From NCBI GenBank assembly GCA_964016885.1, contig OZ024759.1, positions 15,190,001 to 15,254,000 of the forward strand: a DNA stretch of 64,000 nucleotides, written 5' to 3'. Position 1 is the stretch's first letter. Every line of letters begins with the position of its first letter. Shown here piece by piece: positions 28,502-43,014 of this stretch. Position numbers and translations under genes: made by a program. Under the pieces are notes generated by a model. It made no database searches. It was not told where the DNA came from and saw only the letters and a program-made list of their open reading frames with translations. This stretch comes from Eledone cirrhosa. Lineage: Eukaryota.

Positions 28502-29895
28502 TGAGTACTCTGGTGACACATTTCCTAATAGTATAGTGGGTTTTCTTAAAAGGTTATGTTTTGCTGATCAGAGATTTTATGGTAGTTCCTCGCTTTTCTA
28601 CCACTTTAATCTTTAAGTGGGTCTTTCTCAGGGCCTTTCTACACAGGTCAGCTAATTTCCCTCCAGGGGTAGCGTCCACGAACATGACACTCTGGTATCT
28701 CTGGTTGTCGTACCATGAGGTTGCTTTCCCTATCTTATGTGTAGTCCTATCTAAGCTATTCCATGATTTGCTCCTGTATAATGGGCAAATTCCTTTCATG
28801 TCCAGTTGTATGAGGGTCTTATGCTTCTCCGTGGCTCCTTGGTATACTCTGACTCTGTCTCTTTGGTTGTAGCCAGAGAACTGCTTGCGGTTGATGAAGT
28901 GTTGGATGTGTCTTTCCACTTCTGTTGAGTCGCACATGCGGGACAGGTTCTTCATCACTCGTACCAAGTCTGCGATAAGAATATTAAACTTAGCACTACT
29001 GGACATTGCTGAGTTTTTGAGTATCAGGTATTTGGAGGCCAAGGGTTTAGCGTAGTGTGACTGGAGAATTTAGGCCCTCTCGTCTATAGTTTTATTCCAG
29101 AGTTCCGTGTCTAATACAGGTAGTCTACTGTTAGGGTGTTTCGAAGGGTAGTCGATAGTTACAGTTATACTCTGGTGTATGGAGTCAGCTATCTGCTGGA
29201 TGCTTTCCATTGGGCTACATTCTAAATCATATTTGTTAGTACTCTCTTGTGGGTGTGTCCCTATTACTATATTAATGTCGTCTACGTAACGAGAGTACAT
29301 GATGAGGTCTATGGAGCTCTCCTCAAGGAGATCTCTGAGTCCTCTTTCCCACAATCCCATAAAAAAGTTAGCAACGTCAACAGCTATGTTGACGCCTATG
29401 GCTGCTCCTTCATTTTGGGTGTAGATCTTTTCGTTGAATTTGTATATGTGGCCCTTTATGCTAGTTTTAATACTAGACCCTATTGCATGCGCGACCATTT
29501 TCTTACCTGATCATCGTTTTGGGGGGTCCGTACCGCTTAGGTCCACCCAATCCACCTTCCCATGGGTGTCCTTTTTGCCATTGATGTTATAGGGAGGGGG
29601 TCTATCTCTTATGGGTCTACTGGGACGGCTAAGGTCATGGTGTCATAGGTAAGTCTAAGTAGGAGGCCCAGTTCATCTGTGTCGACGGCGCAGAACTCCA
29701 CCTCAGTCTCACTGATCATCTCACACATTTTCCCACAGCAAAATCAATGTTAATGGATGGGTATAGTGATACCACGTCCATACTGCCTATTATGCAGTTA
29801 GATAGGTTTTTGTTGCACTCATTGATTCTGCTAAAGAGGCCCTCTGTACTGTCACATACATCTGGGGACATCTTGATTATGGGGCGTATAACCAT
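28502..29895 (-). pseudogene. Penelope-like (Neptune-type) reverse transcriptase, disrupted
   Basis: GSMDVVSLYPSI, YTQNEGAAIG, YSRYVDD, LPVLD, HYAKP, SGY, PLYRSKSW, FVDATPGGKL, KVVEKRG motifs; TAA stops and frameshifts. Confidence 0.88.
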
Positions 29896-29907
29896 ATATA
29901 TATATAT

Positions 29908-30100
29908 AACGAAGGAAGTGTGGTAAGGAACCAGATGGACCATAACGCACCAGAGTACTCAATACTTAGAGTAGTAGAGTGGGTAATAGGAGAAAGTATG
30001 ACCCCGACGGCAGAGCTCAAGCCGTTGAAACGGCTATTTCTGGACTGAAATAACCGTTGAAACGGCTTGAGCTCTGTCGCCGGGGTTAAACATTTTACTA
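29908..30100. repeat. family-E fold-back element
   Basis: aacgaaggaagtgtggtaaggaacc...gagctcaagccg...cggcttgagctc. Confidence 0.8.
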
Positions 30101-30491
30101 TATATATATATATGTGTATATATATATATATATATAAACGTATATACACACACACATGTATATAGGATTACGCCAACACACACAAATAAGATAAAGAATA
30201 TCCACTCACAATACAAGCATAAGTACATACACATACATGCATACAAAAAAGTATACACATACGTATAAATTACAACTATAATTTATTACAGTTTTTTTCG
30301 TACAGATGCTGTCTATCTCCATCTTCAATCACAAATCCTGGTTTCACCATTAAATGATGGTACAATACATGTATCTAAGATACCGCTTATTGGAAGCAAA
30401 ACTTGGGCTCACATATTTGCCCAATATAACTACTTAAACACTCTGTCATCACCTTCTGGTGTGAGTGTATATATATATGTGTGAGATATAT

Positions 30492-30528
<37 letters not shown>

Positions 30529-30884
30529 GATGTGTGTGTAAGTTTGTATAAACGTGCACACACAGCTACATATATGTGTATGTATACATATATATATAGG
30601 TATACATATATGTATGTATATATATGTATACACATATATATGTATACATATATATATGTATACATATATATATGTATATATATATACATATATGTATATA
30701 TATATGTGTGTATAATTATATATATGTATATATATGCATGTGACTTTATATATATACATATATATATATATATATGTATATATATGTATGTATGTATATA
30801 TGAATATATATATATATACATATATATACATATATATATACATGTATACATATATGTGTGTGTATATATATATGTATGTATATA

Positions 30885-30946
<62 letters not shown>

Positions 30947-31686
30947 TTTGTGTGTGTGTACGAAAATACACAAACTTTCATCGCCATTTTCATTTATTCT
31001 TCATATTATTCTGTGCTGACATTTTGTTGGCAATAATTTAACAGCAAAGTTGGCAGACACGGAGAACAGGTGCAAAGATCGTGACAGAAGACTTACTAAA
31101 ACCACACAAATTACAATAACAATTAAAGAAGGAGATATCTTTAAGTTTTTCTTACACTAAACAATAGAAGCTAATTCTTCCAAAAATCGCACAGTAATGG
31201 GGCTTTTAAAATGGAGAAGTGTACATCAAGTAATCCAACCCAGTCTTATATATATGTCTAACATCATGGTATATATTACTTCTATATAAGGCTTTGGAAA
31301 TAATTCTAGAGGATCATTTGTGTTGAGGTTGACGAAAGCCACCACAAAGAATGTAATCAATGACTGCAGCAACTTCAGCGATGACGGTAAACCACGCCAA
31401 AGATGGCGACGAACACGAGGTCAAAGACAACAACAACAACCCCAATGATTACAATTACAACTTGAAGAAGAACGACAAGGACACCTATATGACAGCCATT
31501 GGTCAATTTAAATAGAATTCACGTACAACATGTGGTTTACCATAGATTTAAACTCTCATGTCTTACCTGGCTTTACACAACAAGTGTAGCAGGGAGTAGC
31601 AAATAATACAACAACGCATTGACCTGAAGCAAACGTATTGTGACCTAAATGGATATATTATAAAGTTTGTCATCTTCTAGATATTC

Positions 31687-31870
31687 ATGGGAGGGTCGTG
31701 GGGGCTGAGTCCTCAAACACACCTTCAAGCGGGTCCTGTCAGAGGCAACCACCTGAAATTGATCCGGCTGGATCACCAAGCGAGACCACCCACGTTCGTG
31801 GATGCTATCGAACCATCATCCTCTGGGTTTACCCCTGGGTCACCTTCAAGCTGGTTTTTCCCGTTAAATA
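31687..31870 (-). mobile_element. RTE 3' fragment
   Basis: Homologous to 22565-22745. Confidence 0.55.
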
Positions 31871-32157
31871 TGCAACTACTCAAAAACATGTGGATTCTCG
31901 ATCTACTAGAAATAGCAAACAAAATGTCCTCAAATCACATTTTATCTTTTTAGAAAAAAAATTTTGTATCAAACTATGGTTGTTTAAATGACCTGCGAAC
32001 AATTAGGCTTTTTTTCCATGGTGAAATACGTGTGACTTTGTGTTTGTGTGTATCGTTGAAGGGCAGGCTATTATACACAGAAGCCGCTAACATCATGAGA
32101 AGCCCATTGCGTTAAACTAATAATGTCATTCATTGTATATATATATATATCCAGACG

Positions 32158-32530
32158 TTAAACTCCTCCAGTTGCAGTCGCTGCGCCAGCATGAGATATT
32201 TTTCTCCACAAAGTTCGATCACCAATAGAAGAGTTTAAAGAGCATAGATCAAGTCCAGTCCATAAGTTGATATTATCAAGCCATCGTTTCGAATGCCGAC
32301 CTCTGCTTCTCTTACCAGCCAACCTTCCTTCCAAGCACAATCTACTCACACCACAAGTTGATCTTTCGATATCACCGTATAGTTTGAGTACTCTTGACCT
32401 GACAACTAATGTAATTGGTCTAAGTTTGGTAATGTTGAGCAGCTCACATGATGTGGTTCTGGAATGTAGAGAGCTTCTGAAGTGATCTTGTGGTCCAATT
32501 AACACAATCAAGACCATATAACACAACTGG
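32158..32530 (-). mobile_element. RTE-like LINE C-terminal fragment
   Basis: LKLYG.I.R...LEGRLAGKRSRGRHSKRWLDNI...DRTLWRKI. Confidence 0.75.
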
Positions 32531-32796
32531 TGTAGTGCCGTTTGATTTGTTAATTGTTTAATTAGCCCGAAGGTGAAACTTAAACCCATGGCTGAGAAAC
32601 CCTATAATAATCGTTTCTACTTTTTGGCGCAAAGCCAGCAATTAATCCAGTGCATTACTGGTATTTTTATGTATTGATCCCGTAGGGATGAAAGGCAAAT
32701 TTAACCTCGAGTCTTGCATGCTGTATAATATGGAGAACAGTTGAATAATGGTCTTACAGGCATTTCAATTTCCAATCTCTATATATATATATATAT

Positions 32797-33055
32797 CGGA
32801 GTATTCCATCTTCCCCGAGGGTCCAGGTAACTATTTCAATCATATCTTATTTTGTTTGAACCGTTTAGCTTGTACGCTTTTTTGACTAAGGTGGTTAATG
32901 GCTTCTTAACCATCGTCTCAGTTTGTAAGTCCATTTTAACTTATGTTTATAGCTCTGGTATCTTCATATCCATGGAGCGCTTGTCTGCACAATACAGAAG
33001 TTGCGTTACGCTAATTTCTACCCGCCGAAATGAGATTCTAGCTAAATTTATATTT
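32797..33055. repeat. interspersed repeat homologous to 60615-60875
   Basis: Shared ttaaccatcgtctcag, tagctctggt, gagcgctt, gaagttg, cgctaatt, gccgaaatg blocks. Confidence 0.65.
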
Positions 33056-33061
33056 ATATAT

Positions 33062-33117
<56 letters not shown>

Positions 33118-33345
33118 CTAGGGTGGGTAAAATTTCCGAGATCCATGGACGAGTTCTCTCCAGCGGTCTCTGTCCCTCATTATCGCTGCCATGTCCTGCG
33201 TCTCCAACAGACCAGTGTCTGTCCTTAGGGCATCAACATACGTTGACCTTGGTCTCCCACTTCCAGTGTGTCCATGTAGGGGCTCCCACAGGAGCACTGA
33301 GTGCAATGTCAGCTAACCTCAATCTCCTCTGTGTCACTTTTGAGC
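33118..33345 (-). mobile_element. RTE/RTEX-like C-terminal fragment
   Basis: VLLWEPLHG...GRPRSTYVDAL..DTGL....MRDRDRWR. Confidence 0.75.
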
Positions 33346-33692
33346 TGACGTTTAGAAACGTTAAGACCCGCTTCCTGTTATATCAAGCGTTAACCTAATA
33401 TATCCCTTCCATATACTGTACCAATTGTGTTGCTATTTCTGTTTACCTTTTCCACACACACACACATACACACATCCGTGTGTGTGTATGTGTGTACGGA
33501 AATTCAATCGGATCATTTTGAAATGACTGCCCATATATAGGGAGAGAAAGAGAGACAAGTATGCTTATGCACCCACAAAGCTATACATTCTTACACAAAC
33601 ACATATATATAATTGAATATATATAGAGAGGGGAAATGAATATATATATATATATATGTATATATATATGTATATATGTATATATGTATATA

Positions 33693-33785
<93 letters not shown>

Positions 33786-33861
33786 GTATATATATGTGTG
33801 TATATATATACATATGTATATACGTATATGTATATATATATGTATATATACATATATTACT

Positions 33862-33902
<41 letters not shown>

Positions 33903-34262
33903 CTAACATATTTATATATATATATGTACATATATATATATATATTTATTACTAACATATATATTACTAACAAATATATATATATATATATATATATACA
34001 TATTTATATATATATATATATATATATATAGGGAATAAAATAGACCAGTGCTGCTTTCTAAATGAAAGGTGAAGTAACAGATTGCTAAGAGAGATAACTA
34101 TTTACGCAATCATTTTGTGTTAAATGCGAACGAAATCCGTTGTGTTTCATGTTGGGAAATATCTTATCTACAAATCTCCTGAATTACTTTACTTACTGAT
34201 GGCAAGATGCGGCTAAATGTCTACAACAGCAGCAACATAGAGAACTACTAGTTATTATTATT

Positions 34263-34620
34263 ACGCCATGCTTTGCAGCAAAGAGTTACGGCCCTTTATG
34301 ATCTGAGTTCAAATCACGCCGAGGTTAACTTTGCCTTTCATCCTTACGGGGTAGATACAATAAAGTACCAGTAATACACTGGAGTAATTGCTCACCGTGT
34401 GCCAAAAGTAGAAACAATTATTATTTATAATTGTTTCTACTTTAGGCACAAGGCCAGCAATTACTCCAGTGTATTACTGGTACTTTATTTTATCGATCCC
34501 ATAAGGATGAAAGGCAAAGGTAACCTCGGCGGGATTTGAACTCAGTGCGTAAAGGGACGTAACTCTATGCCGTAAAGCATGGCGTCCGACTCTTTAATGA
34601 TACTGCCAATCCACCACCCT
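34263..34620. mobile_element. two SINEs in tail-to-tail inverted orientation
   Basis: + copy 34263-34425, - copy 34428-34620. Confidence 0.9.
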
Positions 34621-34661
34621 CTATCATTATTATCAATAATAGTCGGTGGATTGGCAGTATC

Positions 34662-34960
34662 GTGATGATGATGGTGGTGATGATGATGTTGATGATGATG
34701 GTGATAAGTATGGTGATGGTGATGATGATGATGGTGGTGAAAGGTGATGCTGGTGATGATGATGGTGATCATGGTGTTAAGTATGGTGATGGCGATGATG
34801 AATATGATGATGGTGGTGATGATGATGATGGTGATAATAAGTATGATGATGATGGTGATGGTAAGTATGATGATGATGGCGATGATTAGTATGATATAGG
34901 TGATGATAAGTAGGATGATGTCATAAGTATGACGATGATGATGATGATAGTGATGATGGT
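34662..34960. repeat. (GAT)n microsatellite
   Basis: Simple repeat; poly-H/D/M ORFs are artefacts. Confidence 0.95.
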
Positions 34961-35072
34961 AATACTAATATTAAAAAGAAACTTTGATCAAAGCGGAAAT
35001 ATGGATATGAATTCGATAGTTGAGATAATAAAATAGATGTTGAGATAATAAAATAGATATTGAAGTTGTTTG

Positions 35073-35675
35073 TAAGCATTAGGGAACATTTGAAATCAAC
35101 GGGCTGGTTTTCGCATTCCCTTTTACAATCTCAGCTATTTTTTCTATCAATCACATCTTGCCGTGTCCTCAAGAGTATCAGTTACAAAGCATGACTAGAT
35201 GTGGTTCCACCACAGCTGAACTAAGCATTAGGGAACATTTGAAAACAACGGGTTGGTTTTCGCACTCCCTTTTACAATCTCAGCTATTTTTTCTATCAAT
35301 CACATCTTGCCGTGTCCTCAAGTGTATCAGTTACAAAGCTTGATTAGATGTGGCTCCACTACAGCTGAACTAAGCATTAGGGAATATTTGAAAACAACGG
35401 GCTGGTTTTCGCATTCCCTTTTACAATCTCAGCTATTCTTTCTATCAATCACATCTTGCCGTGTCCTCAAGTGTGACAGTTACAAAGCATGACTAGATGT
35501 GGTTCCACCACAGCTGAACTAAGCATTAGGGAACGTTTGAAAACAATGGGCTGGTTTTAAGCATACCTTTCTATAATCATCACAATCTCACTTATTTTTT
35601 CTATCAATCACATCTTGTGTCCACTAGAGTGTTAGTTACAAAGCTTGGCTAGATATGGTTCCGGCGCAGCTGAAC
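35073..35675 (+). repeat. 149-bp tandem repeat (4 units; a further unit at ~35935-36125)
   Basis: taagcattagggaa at 35073, 35222, 35371, 35520. Confidence 0.95.
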
Positions 35676-36149
35676 ACATTGCTGTCCTTTCTGATTAAAC
35701 TCTGCCAAGTCCAATGATGTGCAGCAGGGGGCATATCAGGAGGTGTTGCGTACTCTGTGGTTTGAGGCCCTAAGTCACACACACCGTCCCCATCCTTTTT
35801 AAATATCCCCGTTTTGCAAGGGTGACTTTTGTACGTACAGTAGTACAGAAGTTATTATTAGTGGCTATCAGAGATAATGTATCTAGGACTATATTATCCA
35901 ATGTACACTTCTTCAGCTTGCTGTTTCCAAAAGAGTGCCAGATATAAAGCTTGGCTAGATGTGTTTCCACCACAGCTGAATTAAACATCAGATAATATTT
36001 GAACACACCGGGTTGGTTTTTAACATCCCTTGTTTAAAATCATCACAAACTCAGCTAATTTTTTCTTCTAGCAATCATACTTTCTTTCTTGTGTTCACAA
36101 GAGTGTTAGTTATAAAGCTTGGCTATATATACAGGATGTCCACTATATA

Positions 36150-36192
<43 letters not shown>

Positions 36193-36389
36193 GTATAGGA
36201 TTATCCAAGATGTAGTAATGGTTAATTACTACACTGATATGGTTGACGTACAGTAAGAGGTTACTCTACGAGTTATGGAAGAATTGTTGAAGAAACTTAG
36301 TTCCTGATCCTTCAGTATTCCGGAGTGTATAAGAATATAAAGAATGAATAATAACAGGTAGACATCATAAAAAGGTAATTTATTCCGTG

Positions 36390-36501
36390 TGCTTACAAGT
36401 GTTTCCACGGTGGTACTGCAGCCTAGTTATGCTACGTGCAAATTCACAAGTACTTGCAGAACTCAAATATCCAATGCTGTGACCACTGTTTCCTCAGAGC
36501 A
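36390..36501 (-). ncRNA. type I hammerhead ribozyme, family F (long stem II)
   Basis: On - strand: TGCT-CTGAGGA-aACAGTGGT...ACCACCGTg-GAA-ACACTTGT-A-AGCA. Confidence 0.8.
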
Positions 36502-36559
36502 GAATGTAAGCACACGGAATAAATTACCTTTTTATGATGTCTACCTGATATTATTCATT

Positions 36560-36595
<36 letters not shown>

Positions 36596-36747
36596 CAGAA
36601 AAAACAAGGAAGTTGCGTTTACATATGAACAACAATTATTGCGTATCGACCTGTTACGCGCGTTTCGGAGAGGATTGACTCAAGGTGACCAATAGGATTT
36701 ATAGACCCTAACCCTAACCCAACACCAGTATTTCACCGTACTACCTA

Positions 36748-36780
<33 letters not shown>

Positions 36781-36783
<3 letters not shown>

Positions 36784-36861
36784 GGGGTGTCCCCAAAAAT
36801 TATATACCAGCTTCGACAGCATTCTAATAAATATGTGTATACATTTTTCGGACATCCTGTA
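36781..36861. mobile_element. tiny Tc1/mariner-type MITE
   Basis: TA-cggggtgtcc...ggacatcctg-TA terminal inverted repeats. Confidence 0.6.
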
Positions 36862-36962
36862 TACGCAGACACGCACACATACACATACACATGTATATAA
36901 TATATAGCGAATAACGCATACTTAGATAGATAGATAGGTAGGTAGGTAGGTAGGTAGGTAGG

Positions 36963-37002
<40 letters not shown>

Positions 37003-37126
37003 GTAGATAGATACTAGCAGGTAGTGTAGTGCATGGGATGAAAATATCACGTGATATTCGATCTGGGTCCCTGCACTGTGTTTCAAATCCATTACAACGT
37101 ATCAGAGTCACTTCAAACACAAAAAA

Positions 37127-37776
37127 AATAGTCCTTCATCAGTGATTTTCCAACCTTCATTGGTATTTCATCGCTTTAAAAATCATATACCTCTAGCTGG
37201 TGCGACCAATAGCTAAATAAAGCTATTGGGACAAGTAAATCGCGTAAAGCGAGCGGGACAAGTAAACAAACATAGAAGGGTATCAACACAAAGATAGGAA
37301 AAAACAAGCAGATGGAGTCCGATCAGCTTAAGCTGTGTGGATTTCATGGGCGAGAGACAACAGATCGTGCGACGCGAGTGAGCTATGAGCAAGAAAGGGC
37401 CCCACATCAGGCCAAACGGGAGGAAGTGAGAAGGGGAGAAGCAGAGAGTGAGTGAGTGGAAGTGCGAGGAAGAGGCCAGTCGAGAGAAAGTGTAACTGAC
37501 CGAGGGGGCGAAAGAAGGTGAGAGAAACAGAGAGAGGGGGGAAAGAGTAGGAGAGAAACAGACAAACGCAGCTGGGGAAAATATATATAAAAAACATGAG
37601 AAGAATTGAATACTGCGTGGTTGCACATGGGTTACATATGAAAAAAATAGTCCTTCATCAGTGATTTTCCAACCTTCATTGGTATTACATCGCTTTAAAA
37701 ATTATATACTTCCAGTTGGTGCGAGCAATAGCTAAATAAAGCTATTGGGACAAGTAAATCGCGTAAAGCTAGCGAG

Positions 37777-37780
<4 letters not shown>
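37127..37780. repeat. element bounded by ~135-bp direct repeats
   Basis: aatagtccttcatcagtgattttcc...cgcgtaaagc at 37127-37255 and 37646-37775. Confidence 0.8.
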
Positions 37781-37809
<29 letters not shown>

Positions 37810-37812
<3 letters not shown>

Positions 37813-38006
37813 CGAAGGAAATGTGGTAAGGAACCAGGTGGACCATAACGCACCAAAGTACTCAATACTTGAGGTAGTAGAGTGGGTAATAGGAACCAGT
37901 AAGACCCCGACAGCTGAGCTCAAGCCGTTTCGACGGCTAATTCTGGACCAGAATTAGCCGTCGAAACGGCTTGAGCTCAGCTGTCGGGGTCTTACTGGTT
38001 CCTATA
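37810..38006. repeat. family-E fold-back element (perfect palindrome 37888-38006)
   Basis: Centre ctgg-a-ccag at 37947. Confidence 0.9.
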
Positions 38007-38368
38007 TATATATATATATATATTTATATATACAGAGAGAGAGAGAGAGAGATACTGATGAAATAAATACATCATCATATACATGATTTTACTTTCATCA
38101 GTACGATTCTATTAATATTTCTATCCATCTATTTGTTGCTCAACAACAAACGAAGTTTTAATTAGTACTTATAATCCTTAAAAGAGAAATATAATCACGA
38201 TTCTGAGATCATGGACAAGATGGTCTGTTTATTTCAGACATATATATATAATTACTGCCTTTTAAGCTTTGAAGTAACGCCAGCTCAAAGTCCACATACA
38301 TATATACACACGAACACACAGATGAATATACAGTGTAAATAATCACACACCCACATGCATATATATAC

Positions 38369-38410
<42 letters not shown>

Positions 38411-38469
38411 TTCCCGCATACATAACTTTGTATAAATACATAGGTATACAGGCATACACATGCATATGT

Positions 38470-40540
<2,071 letters not shown>

Positions 40541-40806
40541 ATTTTGTATCTCGAAGAGGACATCACCAGATGGCGTAGCCCCCCGGTGTTTGCATATCTA
40601 CGGCTTCCTAAAACTGTATTTCTTTGGAGATTCAAAATATTTATACATATTGTATAAAGCTATGCTTGAAGCGAAATCCTATTTCTCATATATATATATA
40701 TATATATACGTATATATATATATACGTATATATATGTATACGTATATATATATGTATACGTATATATATATGTATACGTATATATATGTATACGTATATA
40801 TATATA

Positions 40807-40873
<67 letters not shown>

Positions 40874-40985
40874 TGTTCATCTATGTGTGGGGGACCATAT
40901 ATAAATGGCAGTCAGACACACACCTGCTTTTTCCATTTCTCTGTCTTCCTATTCTCCTCAATCTTTTTTCTTTTATATCTCCTTC

Positions 40986-41025
40986 TGTCTTCTGATGAAG
41001 GACTAACGTCCGAAACGCTAGGACA
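40986..41025 (+). ncRNA. minimal type I hammerhead, family A
   Basis: TGTCTT-CTGATGA-a-GGAC-TAAC-GTCC-GAAAC-GC-T-AGGACA (U16.1 mutated to C in this copy). Confidence 0.7.
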
Positions 41026-41112
41026 CTTTTTCTACTACGCCAATCGTTAGATTAATGCAATATATCCATTGTACTGTATTACTTGGTTTAATGTTTTCCG
41101 TTTACTCCCCAA

Positions 41113-41210
<98 letters not shown>

Positions 41211-41344
41211 TGTAATAAACAGCATAAGGCAATTATTCCATTTACCAGTGGTTTCTTAAAAGCAAAAGATTTGCTTTCAATCCTCAGAATAAAAAAATCT
41301 TGGTCTGTTTATTGAATTTTGATTTTAAAAACAAAAATGCAATC

Positions 41345-41375
<31 letters not shown>

Positions 41376-41380
41376 ATATA

Positions 41381-41415
<35 letters not shown>

Positions 41416-41449
41416 ATCCGTCTCTTCAATCTTTCTAATTTCTCATTCT

Positions 41450-41487
41450 TTCTTCTGAAGAAGGACTAACGCCCGAAATATTAAGAA
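41450..41487 (+). ncRNA. minimal hammerhead, family A, degenerate
   Basis: TTCTT-CTGAAGA-aggactaacgccc-GAA-ATAT-T-AAGAA. Confidence 0.6.
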
Positions 41488-41568
41488 CCTCTTCCTGCTA
41501 TTTCAAATGTTAACATAATATATTCCTTTCAAATACTGTACCGATTGTGTTGTTATTTCTGTTTACCT

Positions 41569-41602
<34 letters not shown>

Positions 41603-41758
41603 CATTGTTATATTAGGCGAGGGTCATATTGTTATAATATTGCCAGAAATAATAATAAAACACACTCACTGTTTGGTTTTGATTGGTTTTCACTTCTGCC
41701 TCATTGATTGACCAACGGTTCAAAATACAGATATAAATATATATATATATATATAGTC

Positions 41759-41802
41759 TATCAAAGTTCTTTCGTCACACATCTGTGACCTCATCAATGA
41801 TA
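41759..41802 (-). ncRNA. hammerhead-like motif, family I (U at core position 3)
   Basis: On - strand: TATCA-TTGATGA-g-GTCACA-GATG-TGTGAC-GAAA-GAACT-T-TGATA. Confidence 0.65.
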
Positions 41803-42796
41803 CTATTATGTATCCTCCCGTTGTATTGTAATGTCTACGCCATTTTAATTCTGTGGGTATGTTCCATTCGTTTTATTGATTTTTTTTCTCTCAACAGTGT
41901 GTGTCTGTAGGTAAGTTAAATGGTTTCATGTGCTGATTATGTGAGTCGAGAAAACGTAGAGGTAAAAATATCTGTAGAGAAGAGAAGATTCATCACATAC
42001 ATCATACTTAATCATACTTACAATTAGAATCTTGCCTCCTGAAAATCATTTCTCATTTTAAAAGTGTTTAACAAATGATATATCAAATAATGTCATTACT
42101 TCATTGGATCTATGTTGCAAGAAATGCAGTTAGAAGATTCTTTTATAATTTTAACTTAATCAATGATGCTTATATTGTATTATATTTGATAATAAAAAAA
42201 CTATTCTATATAATAACGATAATAATTTAGTTTGAAAAATATATCCAATGCATGATTACGACGTTCAGTTTTCTGCTGACTTTGATTAGATTTGTCTGTG
42301 GTATATGATTGCAGAAGTAATTTAAGTTTACGTTTCCATAAAATCCCGAGGCTTTAATGTATATTATAATTTGATATTAGTACATTTTAATTGAAAATTA
42401 TCAAAATATATAGGTTTTCTTTTAAGACATAGTACAATTTTTATCAGTTGGATTTCATATGGTTTTCGATTTATAGTGAAATCTGCACTTAATATATTTC
42501 AGGAGACATCTGGAACACAAGTGATTAATAGTATATCATATATATGACAGCACTTGTGTAAATAGTATTAACTGTTTGTACTAAAAGAACTTGTTTCTAA
42601 CATTTGAAAAAGGTCATTTACATAATAAGCAGATAAATATTAGATCAACGTCATAGGTTGTATTGCGCCATAAGTTGATATATTAAAATGTTGGTGTATA
42701 TGAAACATACATTGCATGTATATATATATATATAGTATATCCGTAGACAGGGTAAAGGAAGCGAGAGTGTTCTATGTATGCTACAGAGCTATTTAA

Positions 42797-43014
42797 TTAT
42801 GTAATAAGCAACACAATACAATTATACCATTTACCAAAGGTTTCACGAAGACAGGCGAGCTCAACAGAAAAGTCTGAAGTCGTTCATCAAAATGAAAATG
42901 TTCATATTAAAATGTTCTTTCTGATGAACGATTTCAGACGTCTCTGTTGAGCTCGCCTGTCTTCGGGAAACCTTTGGTAAATGTAATAATTGTCTTATGT
43001 TGTTTATTACATAA

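Noticed and set aside
28502-29895. Selenocysteine-recoded (Naiad-type) PLE ORF
   Set aside because: The interrupting stops at 29070 and 28554 are TAA, with frameshifts; this is ordinary decay
35073-35675. CRISPR-like array
   Set aside because: Whole units repeat with no unique spacers, and the context is eukaryotic
36706-36720. Telomeric (CCCTAA) repeat
   Set aside because: Only about 2.5 units; too short to interpret
38053-38103. tactgatgaaa...tttcatcagta hairpin as a hammerhead
   Set aside because: It has CUGAUGA but no GAAA-stem III-UH and no stem I partner
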